Part shown: piece by piece, positions 38,001 to 47,960 of the stretch
Layout: every line of letters starts with the position of its first letter
Numbering within the stretch: the first letter of the stretch is position 1
From: a virus
Lineage: Duplodnaviria; Caudoviricetes
Virus record (IMG/VR): IMGVR_UViG_3300033125_000241
Span: 1 to 63,409 of that record
Reading direction: 5' to 3' (one strand)
Length of the DNA: 63,409 bases
The notes under the pieces: model-generated
What the model was told of the DNA's origin: nothing
Database searches by the model: none
Seen by the model: only the letters and a program-made list of their open reading frames with translations
Made by a program: the position numbers and the translations under genes

Positions 38001-39124
38001 GGTTCAGTTGTTATAGTTTCAGGTTCAAGAGATAACGTATAATCAGGAACAATCTTAACACCTTCAGCGTTAACAATGTCTCTAAACTGAACATAGTTAC
38101 CATAAACCAATCTGTTCCCAATTATCTCTTGTGCTTTTGCAGTTAAAGGCACATTATCAAATAGTCTAGTAACCTCACTTGACTCTAATGGAGTATATAT
38201 TTTATTAGCTGAAAATGTTATAGTATATTTTGAATCATCTAATATTGATAAGTCATCTTTGTTATAATTGTCAACTATATAAACATTTAATTTATAAGTA
38301 TCAAAGTAAAGTACTTGAATTTGCTCAACAAACTCATTACCTGTATCAAATGTTACATCTACTTTATTATACTTATTTAACATTCCTTTATTGTCACCTG
38401 TATTGTAATCATATGCAAATCCACTTGCATGAAAAGCAACAGATGAAAATGGAGCTAATGAACTATACTGATTGTCTTTATACTTGAATCGATATGAAAA
38501 GTATATAAACTTATCTTGAATATTATTTGATGTTTCAATAGCAGTATCAAAAGACAAGTCAATCTTTGGGCTATATAAAGGTGGCCTAAGAATAACATTT
38601 ATGTCCTCATCTATTTTAGGGTCGTCAGTCGTGTAACCTTTAGCTCTTGCTATATTTATTCTTCTAGGTGGGTTTAATCCGTCTGTCCAATAAATAAATG
38701 GACCTTCATCTCTAGTAGCAGTAATATAATTAATACCAGTAACAGGATAATTTCTATTAAAGTTAAGTTGACCATTAGTACATAACAATACAATGCTAGT
38801 TAAATTAAACAGCTCACTATACTCAAATATTGCATCAAATGTATCACTAGTAACCAACCAATATATTAAGTTGTTGGCCTCATAAGTGACTGCACCAATC
38901 GTTTTAGCATTTGACCCTACGTAAGTTACACCTTGAGCCTCAACCAATGCTTGAATATCAGAAACCAATAAATTACCAAGTGAATTTGACACAGCACCTA
39001 TATTAGACCCGGACGTAGTGTCAATAGTTACATTTAACGCATCAATAAATTCACCATCAGGAACAAGTCTCTCATCGAGATCTTTATTCATTTTTCCTGA
39101 AATAAAAGTCTTTTTTAATTCCAT
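35066..39124 (-). CDS. tail nozzle/stabilisation protein (beta-propeller)
   Basis: GKMNKDLDERL…YWTDGLNPPRRIN…YGISNNPES…FTDARRG; Bacteroidota podophage type. Confidence 0.75.
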   Translation of the reverse strand: MELKKTFISGKMNKDLDERLVPDGEFIDALNVTIDTTSGSNIGAVSNSLGNLLVSDIQALVEAQGVTYVGSNAKTIGAVTYEANNLIYWLVTSDTFDAIFEYSELFNLTSIVLLCTNGQLNFNRNYPVTGINYITATRDEGPFIYWTDGLNPPRRINIARAKGYTTDDPKIDEDINVILRPPLYSPKIDLSFDTAIETSNNIQDKFIYFSYRFKYKDNQYSSLAPFSSVAFHASGFAYDYNTGDNKGMLNKYNKVDVTFDTGNEFVEQIQVLYFDTYKLNVYIVDNYNKDDLSILDDSKYTITFSANKIYTPLESSEVTRLFDNVPLTAKAQEIIGNRLVYGNYVQFRDIVNAEGVKIVPDYTLSLEPETITTEPKKTFRSDRDYEIGIVYLDEYGRMTTALTSKTNTLYIPSLNSDTANSIELTLNNEPPYWATNYRFVIKQAQGDYYNIFPRIFVVDGVFRYFLINESDRDKITVGGYIIFKTANGIATHSDKQFKVLELEYKTATAPFSTEGLYFKIKADPVDVFLSEPESETITASGQGRGPKNNANITCLGDQTVSPVVYRSTDVTFEKSFYSGTGDNTLIEPFQAGSPNINIEYAYAGGELSKDYRISIRIVSETQFQVSTAPDSDTGWGSSISIPPSTSSYFLAIALTPTYGDPPDFELYFDDGNYNIGDIYVFNVRCNGVTNPIPIVGPYIFSSTVIDDISSYSGIPLDNDMGNILPDEYGGHAILAYNDPIYPGANIQINILRDYAPTDPSAPVRNQNNSWTSDNYYKNLEEWFWKSGAYQTFQYKDFSDTLITSANNVIFRRSSTTTPQYSTDPSLTDQSNYIEEDVNGTLCMLIRGVGDNYVCNRNEIQTEIEITQTPTVQLSAETVPLISDIDVFYEMRKTYRIENGNHMVSWPYADFTDGSGLVPPVPAAAGYTVLGPLDPNNPTSTDLMHSFNVGEVVYVETSDPSYGPPPPTTTPYNIIYVTDYAIVIDLAFPGAGPSTPGKVFYKPWESDQDLNASPSPISLVVELNNVTSDNSDFNAFAFGNGVESYRIYDNFLRPTMKYSPRATSVIEDYKQEEKIASLCYSGIYKGDTSTNRLNSFNLSQANFKNLDKQYGPIQKLYALDTNLMVLQQDKITSVLYGKNLLVDAVGGGQVASVPEVLGNQVVHPSEYGISNNPESFAKFANIVFFTDARRGAVLQMVGDQVMEISANGMKNYFRDELKDNPNTQKLGTYDPYNETYVLSFTNVRQGSCDLSISQSVLTLPWNTFGFPFIMFSIMSNTYWDVALEDTGDGTDWLTLNVSAGYGDQDIIANVTSNEKETRTVDIKVDYCDSESITFTLTQESESSPGEFKLKAKK

Positions 39125-40032
39125 TATTTTATAATTTTATCTCGACCTCTTAATGACATAAGCAGTCTAGCTGGATGCAAATTACTCAATCGTATTTTTG
39201 TGTTTCTCAATGAAGCTGTCTTATCTTTACGAACTCTATTAACTATGTACTCTTGAACACCTGTCTTATTATTAAGAACAGCCCACTTTAAATAATTATA
39301 GATATACTCTTCAGCTAACTTGTTGATTGTGACAAGAGAATCGTCACCATTTTCCATTCCATCTGAAATGTACTCAAGAACAATATGACCATCTTGTACA
39401 CCAGTAGAAAAGTCAATAACACCTGCCGCTTTATTGATAGTAAATTTAGGATTATAGTTTGCTTCATCAGTAGCTAAACCATAACGCCCACCAATATTAT
39501 AACCGAAGTACCACTCACCATTGTATGCCCAACCATAATTTCCGTTATATAGCCCAGGTCCTGTATATAACTGAGCTTCTTGTCTCATTATGTCGAGCTT
39601 TGATTGACCTGTTACAACCTCACCATTGATGTCAAAAATTATATCAAGATTATTGTCTTGTAAGTATCCGGAAGCTGATAATACTGTTCTATTTTCAGTC
39701 AACTGAAGTAACACACCATTTCTAAGTAATGATATTCTTACATAGTTTACATAGTCAGGCGGTAAAACCATTTTTAATTGGCTACCTAACTCTAACTCAA
39801 TTACCTTAATGTTTTTTAATGCGTCATAATTGAGTTCTTGTATAGCCCTCTTTGCATGAAATAATACATTATATCGCTCAACATTATTGACAAGTTTGTC
39901 GTTGCCAACATACATAAGCATGAAGTTGTTAACTATATCTGCAAGGCTAACATATTGATACGAACCCCAATTCGCATCTTCAGGTATTACACCATTGTTA
40001 GTGTAATATTGATAGTTAGTTATATATGCCAT
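39124..40032 (-). CDS. tail ring/tubular protein
   Basis: position; LPPDYVNYVRIS, LEYISDG. Confidence 0.6.
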   Translation of the reverse strand: MAYITNYQYYTNNGVIPEDANWGSYQYVSLADIVNNFMLMYVGNDKLVNNVERYNVLFHAKRAIQELNYDALKNIKVIELELGSQLKMVLPPDYVNYVRISLLRNGVLLQLTENRTVLSASGYLQDNNLDIIFDINGEVVTGQSKLDIMRQEAQLYTGPGLYNGNYGWAYNGEWYFGYNIGGRYGLATDEANYNPKFTINKAAGVIDFSTGVQDGHIVLEYISDGMENGDDSLVTINKLAEEYIYNYLKWAVLNNKTGVQEYIVNRVRKDKTASLRNTKIRLSNLHPARLLMSLRGRDKIIK

Positions 40033-40035
40033 TTA

Positions 40036-40749
40036 TTATTGTTTTTGTTGTATTTCTTGTAACTCCTCAGCCTTAGCTGCTGCAATGACTTCTTGTTCTC
40101 TGATTGATACACCTGCATATTGTAATATCTTAACAACTAAGTCAGAGAAATCACTCATAGGCATCTCAAAATCTTGATAATCTAAAGCTGACTGATTGAA
40201 TAATGGGTCACCTCCAACAGATGTGTATGTCCACTTAGGTTCTTTTGGATATCTTAAATAGTGAGCATCTACATTTGTTATTATTGTATCAGGATAAACC
40301 ATAAAGTTAGACCTTGATGTAGTAGTTCCATCATTATCCATTAATGTATAAACAGGATAAGCAGCCGATGGAGCAGTAAGATTTGAAGCCAATAAGTAAA
40401 GTACTTTTGGATGACTTACTTTCTCTATTTCTTTTGAACCATTTAATACCAACTTCTGAATGAAATAACTATCTGCTGGTGCTTCAAAATATGGAGCTGT
40501 ATAAGTTAATGTGTCTACCTTATAAAAGGTATCCAAAACCTCAGATAGTTTCTTAGGCACATCAGCATAACCCTCACCATGCATTCTTGCATTTTGCTTT
40601 ATAATTGCATTGCTATATAAATAGATATATCGTTCAAATACTTCTAACTGTGCTTGCTTGGCATATAAGTTAAATTCAAATGGTGTGATATAACCTCTAT
40701 TGTCTTTTGCTAATATAGACAGAACAGTATTTCTAACTTCGTTAATCAT
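40036..40749 (-). CDS. head-tail adaptor/ring protein
   Basis: position; GYITPFEFNLYAKQAQ…YLRYP. Confidence 0.6.
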   Translation of the reverse strand: MINEVRNTVLSILAKDNRGYITPFEFNLYAKQAQLEVFERYIYLYSNAIIKQNARMHGEGYADVPKKLSEVLDTFYKVDTLTYTAPYFEAPADSYFIQKLVLNGSKEIEKVSHPKVLYLLASNLTAPSAAYPVYTLMDNDGTTTSRSNFMVYPDTIITNVDAHYLRYPKEPKWTYTSVGGDPLFNQSALDYQDFEMPMSDFSDLVVKILQYAGVSIREQEVIAAAKAEELQEIQQKQ

Positions 40750-40763
40750 CAGATGTCTTTTTA

Positions 40764-40771
40764 CAAAGATA
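40764..40771 (-). promoter_or_regulatory. -7 promoter element TATCTTTG
   Basis: TAnnTTTG upstream of 40749. Confidence 0.6.
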
Positions 40772-40774
40772 AAT

Positions 40775-40800
40775 AAAAAAAGGCACTTAATATAAGTGCC
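40775..40800 (-). terminator. intrinsic terminator
   Basis: GGCACTTA/TAAGTGCC stem + T7 on the - strand. Confidence 0.75.
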
Positions 40801-40824
40801 CTTCCTTTCTAGTTTGATAGTTTA

Positions 40825-41145
40825 TTAAGCGATAGCTACAGATGTAATCAATTGTTGAGTTGCACCAACCAATGGTAATGCAGGAACAATGATAGCGTCT
40901 GGATTCGACCCTGGGCTATTAGCTAAAGCCAAAGCATTAACTACAGCATAGTGAGATGCATAAGTATCATCAGCAGTAGTAAATGTAATAGTAATTACAT
41001 CAGCAGTTGCAACACCACCAATAGAAGTAAGTACTAATGTTGATGTAGATGGCATTGTAATTAAATAATCAGCGTTAGCTGAGATTAATGCCTTTGGAAG
41101 TGCAGTAGCAGCTCCAATAGTGAATTGTAAAAATTTTCTGTTCAT
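40825..41145 (-). CDS. small A/T-rich virion (decoration-like) protein
   Basis: own promoter (41176-41183) and terminator. Confidence 0.55.
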   Translation of the reverse strand: MNRKFLQFTIGAATALPKALISANADYLITMPSTSTLVLTSIGGVATADVITITFTTADDTYASHYAVVNALALANSPGSNPDAIIVPALPLVGATQQLITSVAIA

Positions 41146-41183
41146 CTTAAAACGTTTTAAAAGTTAATAACGATGCAAATATA

Positions 41184-41963
41184 CTAATTATTTGATAATT
41201 TATCATCTAGGAATTGGTATAGCTCAATACCTGCATCAGACTGCAAATATGAAGCTAAAACAGATGTAACGTTGTCACCAAATGGAACTGTAAGTAACTT
41301 CTTTTTATTTTCTTTTAAATTGAAATATAAATCCTTACCATTGTTTTTCAATATTAAATATCCATCAGATAAAGCTCTAGCTGCTATGTTATTTATTTTT
41401 AATGATGGGTCACCTACTGCATCCAAGAAATCCTCTGGATATCTTTTAGCGTAAATCATCATATCTCTTTTGATTTCAGAACTACTCATTTTATCAACTC
41501 TTCCACCAAGTAATATACGAGCAACTGCCTCTAATGTATTAAAGTCATTAGCAGATAAATCTCTAGCAGCTAATTGAGCGTCAAGTTCTGAGTACATTGA
41601 TCTAACATCCTCTTCAGCGTCTCTTTCATTATCAAATTCAATAAATTCAGTTCCATTTCCAGGATGGTAATGCATGAATTGTTGTAGTACAGGATTTGTT
41701 TTTGGCACTATTAAAACACCATCTTCAAATACAATTGGCTCAACAATAACATTTTGATCTTGCTCCTCTTGAAAAGGTGTGTTTGAGTTTCTTGCGTAAC
41801 GAAGTGGATGATTTGTATTCGTTTCCGAACAATAGTAAAGTAGACGTTGTCTAGGGGTGTCCTTTGAAGCTATATAATAAGACAAAGGTGATTGATTGTT
41901 TTTCAGAATATAAGTTCTGTCTTTTGGATCGAGTTTAACTCGATTAATTGCTAATTTTTCCAT
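41184..41963 (-). CDS. conserved protein downstream of the capsid gene
   Basis: LRYARN…PIVFEDG..VPK.NP.LQ. Confidence 0.7.
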   Translation of the reverse strand: MEKLAINRVKLDPKDRTYILKNNQSPLSYYIASKDTPRQRLLYYCSETNTNHPLRYARNSNTPFQEEQDQNVIVEPIVFEDGVLIVPKTNPVLQQFMHYHPGNGTEFIEFDNERDAEEDVRSMYSELDAQLAARDLSANDFNTLEAVARILLGGRVDKMSSSEIKRDMMIYAKRYPEDFLDAVGDPSLKINNIAARALSDGYLILKNNGKDLYFNLKENKKKLLTVPFGDNVTSVLASYLQSDAGIELYQFLDDKLSNN

Positions 41964-41983
41964 TTTATATAATTTAAATTTTT

Positions 41984-42016
41984 AAAAAATAGAGAGGGCC
42001 AATAAAGACCCTCTCT
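41984..42016 (-). terminator. intrinsic terminator after the major capsid gene
   Basis: AGAGAGGG/CCCTCTCT stem + T-run. Confidence 0.75.
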
Positions 42017-42026
42017 GTATTTATTC

Positions 42027-43469
42027 TTATCCTTTGAAGATAAAGAAGTTGTTTGCACCAAGTGTACAAAGAGCTCTCTCAGACAAGAAGTTAACCTCCA
42101 TTGCATCAAGATCGCTAGTTGCAGCACCACCAGCAGAACCAGTCATCCAAGTTTTGTAACGTCTGTTCTCAGCTTCAGAAGCTCGGTAACGAACGTGTAA
42201 GAATGGACGTTTTGCGTTTTTACCAAGAACTTGGTCATAAACTGTAGTTGTACCAGCAGGAACTAAAACTCCGTTTACAGCTCCACCAACTAGACCACCA
42301 CGAAGAGTAGCATCATTAAGATATTTCCAGTCAGTTTTGTAGAACTCATAACCTCTACGGAATCCTGTAAATCCAAGATTTAAAGCCATTTGCTCGCTGT
42401 TATCGAATAATCCGTAAGATGTACCACCAACTCCATAAGAGTTTTGAGCAGCTAACATATCATCGATATCGAAAGAGAACTGACGATTTAAGAACAATGC
42501 ATTCTCAGCGATAGCTCCTTGCTTGTCAAGACGTTGTACGATAGTATCAAAGTCAGCCAAAGCAGATGGATTACCACCAGCCCATACATTTCCTCGGTTT
42601 TCAATTTCGTAGAATAAACCTTTAGTACCAGCAGCAGTTGAACCAGCAGTTGAACCTGGAGCAGCAGCAGTAGATGGAGACAAATAAGCTAATGCATCAG
42701 AAGCAGCTTCAGCAGGAACACCTTCTACCATTGACATTTCTAAGTAATCTTCAAAACGTAAACGAGTCTCATGCTCTGATTTCATATACCACAAATAACC
42801 TGTAGCACCATTCTCAGTAGTTACTTCAACCCATCCGATTTGAGCCATATCAGATCCTGATACAACATACTTGTCTTTAATGATAATTGGTTTAACATCA
42901 AAGAACAAATCTTGAGCCTCAAGAGAACCGCTCATACCACTTGTACCTTTACCAAACTCAGAACCATAAACGAATACAGTTACAAGTTCAGTAGTAATTG
43001 TAAATGGAGAACCAGAAGCGTTATAAAATTTAACTGTGAATGTAGAACCATCAGCAGCAACTGCACTAATAACTGCTTTTGCAGAGTTAGCAGCTACACT
43101 TTGAGATGAAAGAAATACAGTTTGATTAACTCTAAAGTTACATACAGTAGCAGGAACAGTTGTAGCCATTGTAAAAGTAGCTGTATCTGAACCAGCTGCT
43201 GAAGATGGGATAACGTTCGTGTATTTAGTATGTAAACGACCTTGCTCTGCCCACTTAATTAAGTCAGAGTTAGTAGGAATTTCAGCACCAACCATACGCA
43301 AGAAAGATGCGATAGATCGGTTACCATAACGCTCAAATTCTTGCTCGTAAGTATCAGGAAGATACTGATTCAAGAAACTGAAGTTAGTGATGTAGTTTGT
43401 AGGCAATGCTGCCTTAACTGAGCTAGGTGTAATTGCAACACCAGGACTCGCTTGTAGTGTACCAGACAT
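42027..43469 (-). CDS. major capsid protein
   Basis: 480 aa, follows the scaffold, terminator after; QYLPD…WAEQGRLH…SERALCTLGANNF. Confidence 0.8.
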   Translation of the reverse strand: MSGTLQASPGVAITPSSVKAALPTNYITNFSFLNQYLPDTYEQEFERYGNRSIASFLRMVGAEIPTNSDLIKWAEQGRLHTKYTNVIPSSAAGSDTATFTMATTVPATVCNFRVNQTVFLSSQSVAANSAKAVISAVAADGSTFTVKFYNASGSPFTITTELVTVFVYGSEFGKGTSGMSGSLEAQDLFFDVKPIIIKDKYVVSGSDMAQIGWVEVTTENGATGYLWYMKSEHETRLRFEDYLEMSMVEGVPAEAASDALAYLSPSTAAAPGSTAGSTAAGTKGLFYEIENRGNVWAGGNPSALADFDTIVQRLDKQGAIAENALFLNRQFSFDIDDMLAAQNSYGVGGTSYGLFDNSEQMALNLGFTGFRRGYEFYKTDWKYLNDATLRGGLVGGAVNGVLVPAGTTTVYDQVLGKNAKRPFLHVRYRASEAENRRYKTWMTGSAGGAATSDLDAMEVNFLSERALCTLGANNFFIFKG

Positions 43470-43474
43470 TTTTT

Positions 43475-44581
43475 TTAGTTTTTGTTTTTGTTTCTAATTA
43501 CTAATCTATTGCCACGATTATCATCTAGAGCTGTAACTTTGAAACCTGGAGCTGGTGTAACTTGTGTTGCTTGTCGAGTCATGTCTATATTTTTAGACTC
43601 TTTAGCCACATTGTCAACCGCATCTGCCATTCCCTTCTCATAGAAGAACTTAGCAAATTTCTCCGGGTTCGAAGCCACTGCAATAGCACGATGGAAAGCT
43701 TCAGCGTCTTTAAGGTAACCTTCATCATTCAAGAACCTTGATACAAAGTTCTGAAGATTAGATTGCTCTTTCAGTAGGTCAGGTGCTTCAGATGGTTTAT
43801 AAACTAATTTCTTATTCTCATCCAAACTAAATCCGAAACCTTCGAACTTTTCAGAGAATAACTCAGTAGTTTTGTCAGCGAAATACTTTGACCTTTTTGC
43901 TTGCTCCTCCTCCGCTTGAGTCGTAGCTTGTTTATAACTCTTATAAGCTTCGTAAGTTTCTTTTTCTTCTTGCGGAACAAAAGATTCTCTTGACTCAAGA
44001 GGAACTTTATACTGTTCTTTTAATCCGTTAAAGTACTCCTTAGCTTTAGTGAGTTCCTTTTTCTTAGCCAACTGCTTCTTCTTTATTTCTTTCTCGTCAT
44101 CAAAATCTGAATCATATCCAAACTGATTTTCAAGGTCGAATCTAATATCGTCAATGTCAAGATCTTTATCTTTGTTTTTACGATATTCAAATAACAATTG
44201 GTCCTGATCCATAGAATCATAGTCTTTATTTAATTGAATAAAGTCCTCGATTCCACGACCAGTTTCTTTTTTATATTTCAAATAGGTAGCAACCTCTGGG
44301 TCTAAATCTTCATTATTTGATCGTTGTTCAAATAACTCATCAAGATTGCTAATCTCTTTGTTATATCTTTTTCCAATATATGAAAGAACTTTGTTGTCGT
44401 CTATCTCAATCTCTTGAGTTTCAACAGGTGTATTGTTATCAATAACCACTTTATCAACAGGTGTTTCTTCTGTAGAAACAATTCCTGTAGCTTCTTCGTG
44501 TTCTTTGATTAACTGTTCTTCTACTTCTGCAACTGACTTCTCTTCGAACTCAACTGCTCTTACTTTAAATTCTCCTTCCAT
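43475..44581 (-). CDS. capsid scaffolding protein
   Basis: acidic coiled-coil protein directly upstream of the capsid gene. Confidence 0.65.
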   Translation of the reverse strand: MEGEFKVRAVEFEEKSVAEVEEQLIKEHEEATGIVSTEETPVDKVVIDNNTPVETQEIEIDDNKVLSYIGKRYNKEISNLDELFEQRSNNEDLDPEVATYLKYKKETGRGIEDFIQLNKDYDSMDQDQLLFEYRKNKDKDLDIDDIRFDLENQFGYDSDFDDEKEIKKKQLAKKKELTKAKEYFNGLKEQYKVPLESRESFVPQEEKETYEAYKSYKQATTQAEEEQAKRSKYFADKTTELFSEKFEGFGFSLDENKKLVYKPSEAPDLLKEQSNLQNFVSRFLNDEGYLKDAEAFHRAIAVASNPEKFAKFFYEKGMADAVDNVAKESKNIDMTRQATQVTPAPGFKVTALDDNRGNRLVIRNKNKN

Positions 44582-44596
44582 TTGATTAAATTTTTA

Positions 44597-44604
44597 CAAA
44601 GTTA
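44597..44604 (-). promoter_or_regulatory. -7 promoter element TAACTTTG
   Basis: upstream of the scaffold/capsid genes. Confidence 0.65.
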
Positions 44605-44616
44605 ATAATTATTTTA

Positions 44617-44682
44617 TTATATGTATTTGCATACTATATCATACAAATACAGCGTTTTATATGCATTTGCATACTATATCAT
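44617..44682. repeat. 26-bp direct repeat, 40-bp period
   Basis: TTATATG(T/C)ATTTGCATACTATATCAT at 44617 and 44657. Confidence 0.85.
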
Positions 44683-45311
44683 TCATTGTCATAAAACATA
44701 ACATCTGAATCTTCAGTTTGCCACTTGTCATGACCCTCACAATTAAACCAAGCATTGTTAACTAAATAGTCAGGCTTAGATGGGAATTCTTTTGTTACAA
44801 ACGAAGGTTCATACCAACGAACTCGATTGTTTGGTTGTAATGCCATCTGACCATTCTCAAGAAGTATGATGTGATGTGATTTATGTTCTAGTGGATCTTC
44901 AGCTAATGTTATGTCAGTATTTATATCATTAGACCCCCAATTTATTGTGGCATAATAGTTACCCTTGTACCATTGTCTATCCTTCATATATACCTCAACG
45001 TTTGTATCATACACATAAGATAGTTGAGTTAAAGTGAATCTATAACTAAAACAATTCCATATTTGCAGGTAGTGAAATGGTAAATCAGGGTTTGGTAACT
45101 CTGGCTCAGTCAATAATGCGTGTGATGGTAGTTTATCTCTCATAACACCATTCTCAAGTAATACTTGAAATAATGCTGCCTGTCCTGGCATACATCTCAC
45201 CGAAATAATTACTCCCTGAGTAAATTCGCCATGACCCTTTTTAAATTGATACATGTATTCATTTCTAACGAATACCTTCAATGGAAAAAAGTTGTGTTCT
45301 ATATAAGCCAT
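44679..45311 (-). CDS. conserved phage hypothetical protein
   Basis: LQIWNCFS, EHKSHH, QPNNR. Confidence 0.75.
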   Translation of the reverse strand: MAYIEHNFFPLKVFVRNEYMYQFKKGHGEFTQGVIISVRCMPGQAALFQVLLENGVMRDKLPSHALLTEPELPNPDLPFHYLQIWNCFSYRFTLTQLSYVYDTNVEVYMKDRQWYKGNYYATINWGSNDINTDITLAEDPLEHKSHHIILLENGQMALQPNNRVRWYEPSFVTKEFPSKPDYLVNNAWFNCEGHDKWQTEDSDVMFYDNE

Positions 45312-45313
45312 AT

Positions 45314-45529
45314 TTAAAGCTTATTTTTTATTTTAACTTTTTTAGTTATAGGAAACGACATATTTACATCAATATTGGTTTCAGCAGAATAGTCAGAACC
45401 TTTTGATCTAGTTACAGATACAGACAATGGACCTTTAGATACAGTTGCTCCTACACTTGCTTCATAACCACTAGTTGGTGATGCAACAACATTTGCATAT
45501 GGGTTGATTTTTAATTTACTATTTCTCAT
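45314..45529 (-). CDS. hypothetical protein (MRNSKLK N-terminus)
   Basis: ORF between the portal and 45311. Confidence 0.6.
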   Translation of the reverse strand: MRNSKLKINPYANVVASPTSGYEASVGATVSKGPLSVSVTRSKGSDYSAETNIDVNMSFPITKKVKIKNKL

Positions 45530-45530
45530 A

Positions 45531-47960
45531 CTATTTAGGATTAAATGATTCTAAATCAAAACCATCTAAAGAATCTTCAGTACTTTCAAAATTCAATGGA
45601 GGTAAGTTATTCTTTCTTTGATTAATTAGTTCAGATTGTCTTGTTGCTTGAAGATCAACTCGTTTATCTTTAGCTTCTTCCTTCTTCTCTTCACGTTTCA
45701 TTAAGTTATCAGTCTCAATACCTTTTAGTTGCATGTTATATTGGAACTCTTTATCCATTAACTGAGCTTTAATAGCAGCCTCTGCTTGCATTTGTTGAAC
45801 AGCAAAGTTCATCTCAGCCTCTCTAATTTGTATCTTAGATTGAGCTTCAAGTTGAACCAATTGAGCTTTAGATTCAGCAGCAGCTTGTTGAGATTGAATA
45901 TTGCTTTGCATCTGCATTTGGAATTGCATTTCCGTATCTTTCTGCTTCTGCTCCGTTCTCTTTCTTCTCTTCAACTTTAACAACTCATTTGCTAACTTAA
46001 TATTATTTACCATCCTAATATCAATAGCATCTTCTAAATCAATTGTCTGTTGCTGTAATGATACTTGAATATTGGCCTCAAGCATTTGTCTTTGCTCTTC
46101 ATCTGGAGCAAGTTCAATGAATATACCAAAGTCATGTAAATATAAATCTTTAACGTCATCAAGAATCGCAACATTATACTTACCTATCTGCATTGCAAAC
46201 TCTTCAGCAAAGTCAGAATACTCTAATATATCAGCAATTCGTATAGATAGACATTCAGCTAGTTTCTTTGTTATATTAAGACCACCTTCTAATATGTGTC
46301 GTGTAGCTGTATTTGAATTTAATGCAGCTAATTTCTGCACACCAACTAAAGCGTCAGGACTAGGAGTTGAACCATCTCTAACCTCATTAATTCCTGTGAC
46401 ATCACGTATCATATTTAGATAATGATTATAGCTACCTATCAATGCGGACATTTTAGATTGACCGCTATTTGAATTTAACTCTTGAATAGGAACACGAGCA
46501 TTGTTAAACTCGCCATCTTGAGTGTAGCTCCTACCAATAATACTACCTGTTTGGAAGTATAACTTCAATGCATCCTCTGGATTATATGCTGCTCCAGTTC
46601 CTAGGTCGACTTCATTAATACCATCAGCATCAATGAAAACTCCATCAGGAACTATCCTATTCATTACCTGCTGTAACTTTAAGTGAGTTAATTGTATCTG
46701 ATCAGCAAAAGGAATCATACGTCTTACTAATGACTCAGTATTTCCTTTATACATTCTAGGAGCAAACATCACATAGTTAGGAAGTGCGTTTTGTGTAGCT
46801 GACTTGGGTCTAACCATGTTCTTCATCATATCCCATTTCAACATGATGTTAGAGCCACCTACCAATATACCTTCATACCAAACGTCACGAACTGCCTCAA
46901 CTTTCTCAAACATCATTCCTTCCTCAACCGGAGGATTGAATGTGTCATTCTTTCTAATTACTCGCTCACCACCATTCTCAAGAATTTTCTTCTTCCAAAC
47001 AAATCTCTTAGTGGTTTTATAATTGAAATAAAGTAATGTAACAACTTCATTTAAGAATGCATCATCTTGATAATTACGTATAATTGGAAAATAACTATAC
47101 CATGCAGATGAAGCATTACGTATTTCGTTTAATTGCTCGTCTGTTAAATTTGGATTTATTTTTAAAAGCTCAGTATAATGAACTTGCTTTACCTCACCAA
47201 AATAATAACAATCTGAAAAGTCATTTAACTCAGTATAGCTATGAATGAAATTTGCAGGGTCTACATAATCAACTTTCAATCCATCATTAACTAAGAATGT
47301 ATGTCTTAAAATAGCCTTACCCAAAACAGTTAAATCATAATCGACTAACTTTTTTAACTTTGGATATTCATTCATTTTAAGAATCGTATCAATAGCAACC
47401 TCCTCAGCAATCTCAATTGAAGGCTTATATTTTAGTTGCATATATAGTGACAACTCCTCATCGTTCTCAGGTAGTTCATCCGGATTGACATTAAATGCAT
47501 CAATACCAAACTGCTCCTTAGTCATCTGTAAGAAATCTTTTGCTACCATATCAGCTTCAATCATATCCTGGAAGATGTTTTTCTTCTCAGCAGACATAAC
47601 GTCTTGAGATTCAGCCTTAATAGTGAAAAGCCTATCGTTCATTCCATTGACAACAATGTCAACAAACTTAGGTATAATGGGAATAGGAGTCCAGTCTAAA
47701 TTTAACATAGACATGTCTCCATTTACAGCTAATTCATCTTTATATTTTTGCACAGGCTGTTCACCTCTTGCATACAATCTCAATCGATGGTATTCACCCC
47801 ATTGTTCATAGAACCGACATGTATTCGCTTTACGCTTAAACCATTCACCTTCAACGGACTTTGCAACTTTCAAACCATATTCTAAAGTAGCTTTTTCTTC
47901 ATCGCTAGCCATTTGGTTTGGAAAGGGTGATTGATAAATTGCAACTGATAATTTCTCCAT
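45531..47960 (-). CDS. portal protein
   Basis: 809 aa directly after the terminase; PIIPKFVD; Q-rich C-terminal coiled-coil barrel. Confidence 0.85.
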   Translation of the reverse strand: MEKLSVAIYQSPFPNQMASDEEKATLEYGLKVAKSVEGEWFKRKANTCRFYEQWGEYHRLRLYARGEQPVQKYKDELAVNGDMSMLNLDWTPIPIIPKFVDIVVNGMNDRLFTIKAESQDVMSAEKKNIFQDMIEADMVAKDFLQMTKEQFGIDAFNVNPDELPENDEELSLYMQLKYKPSIEIAEEVAIDTILKMNEYPKLKKLVDYDLTVLGKAILRHTFLVNDGLKVDYVDPANFIHSYTELNDFSDCYYFGEVKQVHYTELLKINPNLTDEQLNEIRNASSAWYSYFPIIRNYQDDAFLNEVVTLLYFNYKTTKRFVWKKKILENGGERVIRKNDTFNPPVEEGMMFEKVEAVRDVWYEGILVGGSNIMLKWDMMKNMVRPKSATQNALPNYVMFAPRMYKGNTESLVRRMIPFADQIQLTHLKLQQVMNRIVPDGVFIDADGINEVDLGTGAAYNPEDALKLYFQTGSIIGRSYTQDGEFNNARVPIQELNSNSGQSKMSALIGSYNHYLNMIRDVTGINEVRDGSTPSPDALVGVQKLAALNSNTATRHILEGGLNITKKLAECLSIRIADILEYSDFAEEFAMQIGKYNVAILDDVKDLYLHDFGIFIELAPDEEQRQMLEANIQVSLQQQTIDLEDAIDIRMVNNIKLANELLKLKRRKRTEQKQKDTEMQFQMQMQSNIQSQQAAAESKAQLVQLEAQSKIQIREAEMNFAVQQMQAEAAIKAQLMDKEFQYNMQLKGIETDNLMKREEKKEEAKDKRVDLQATRQSELINQRKNNLPPLNFESTEDSLDGFDLESFNPK

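Noticed and set aside
44617-44682. Mini CRISPR array
   Set aside because: Only two repeats, a 14-bp spacer and no cas genes.
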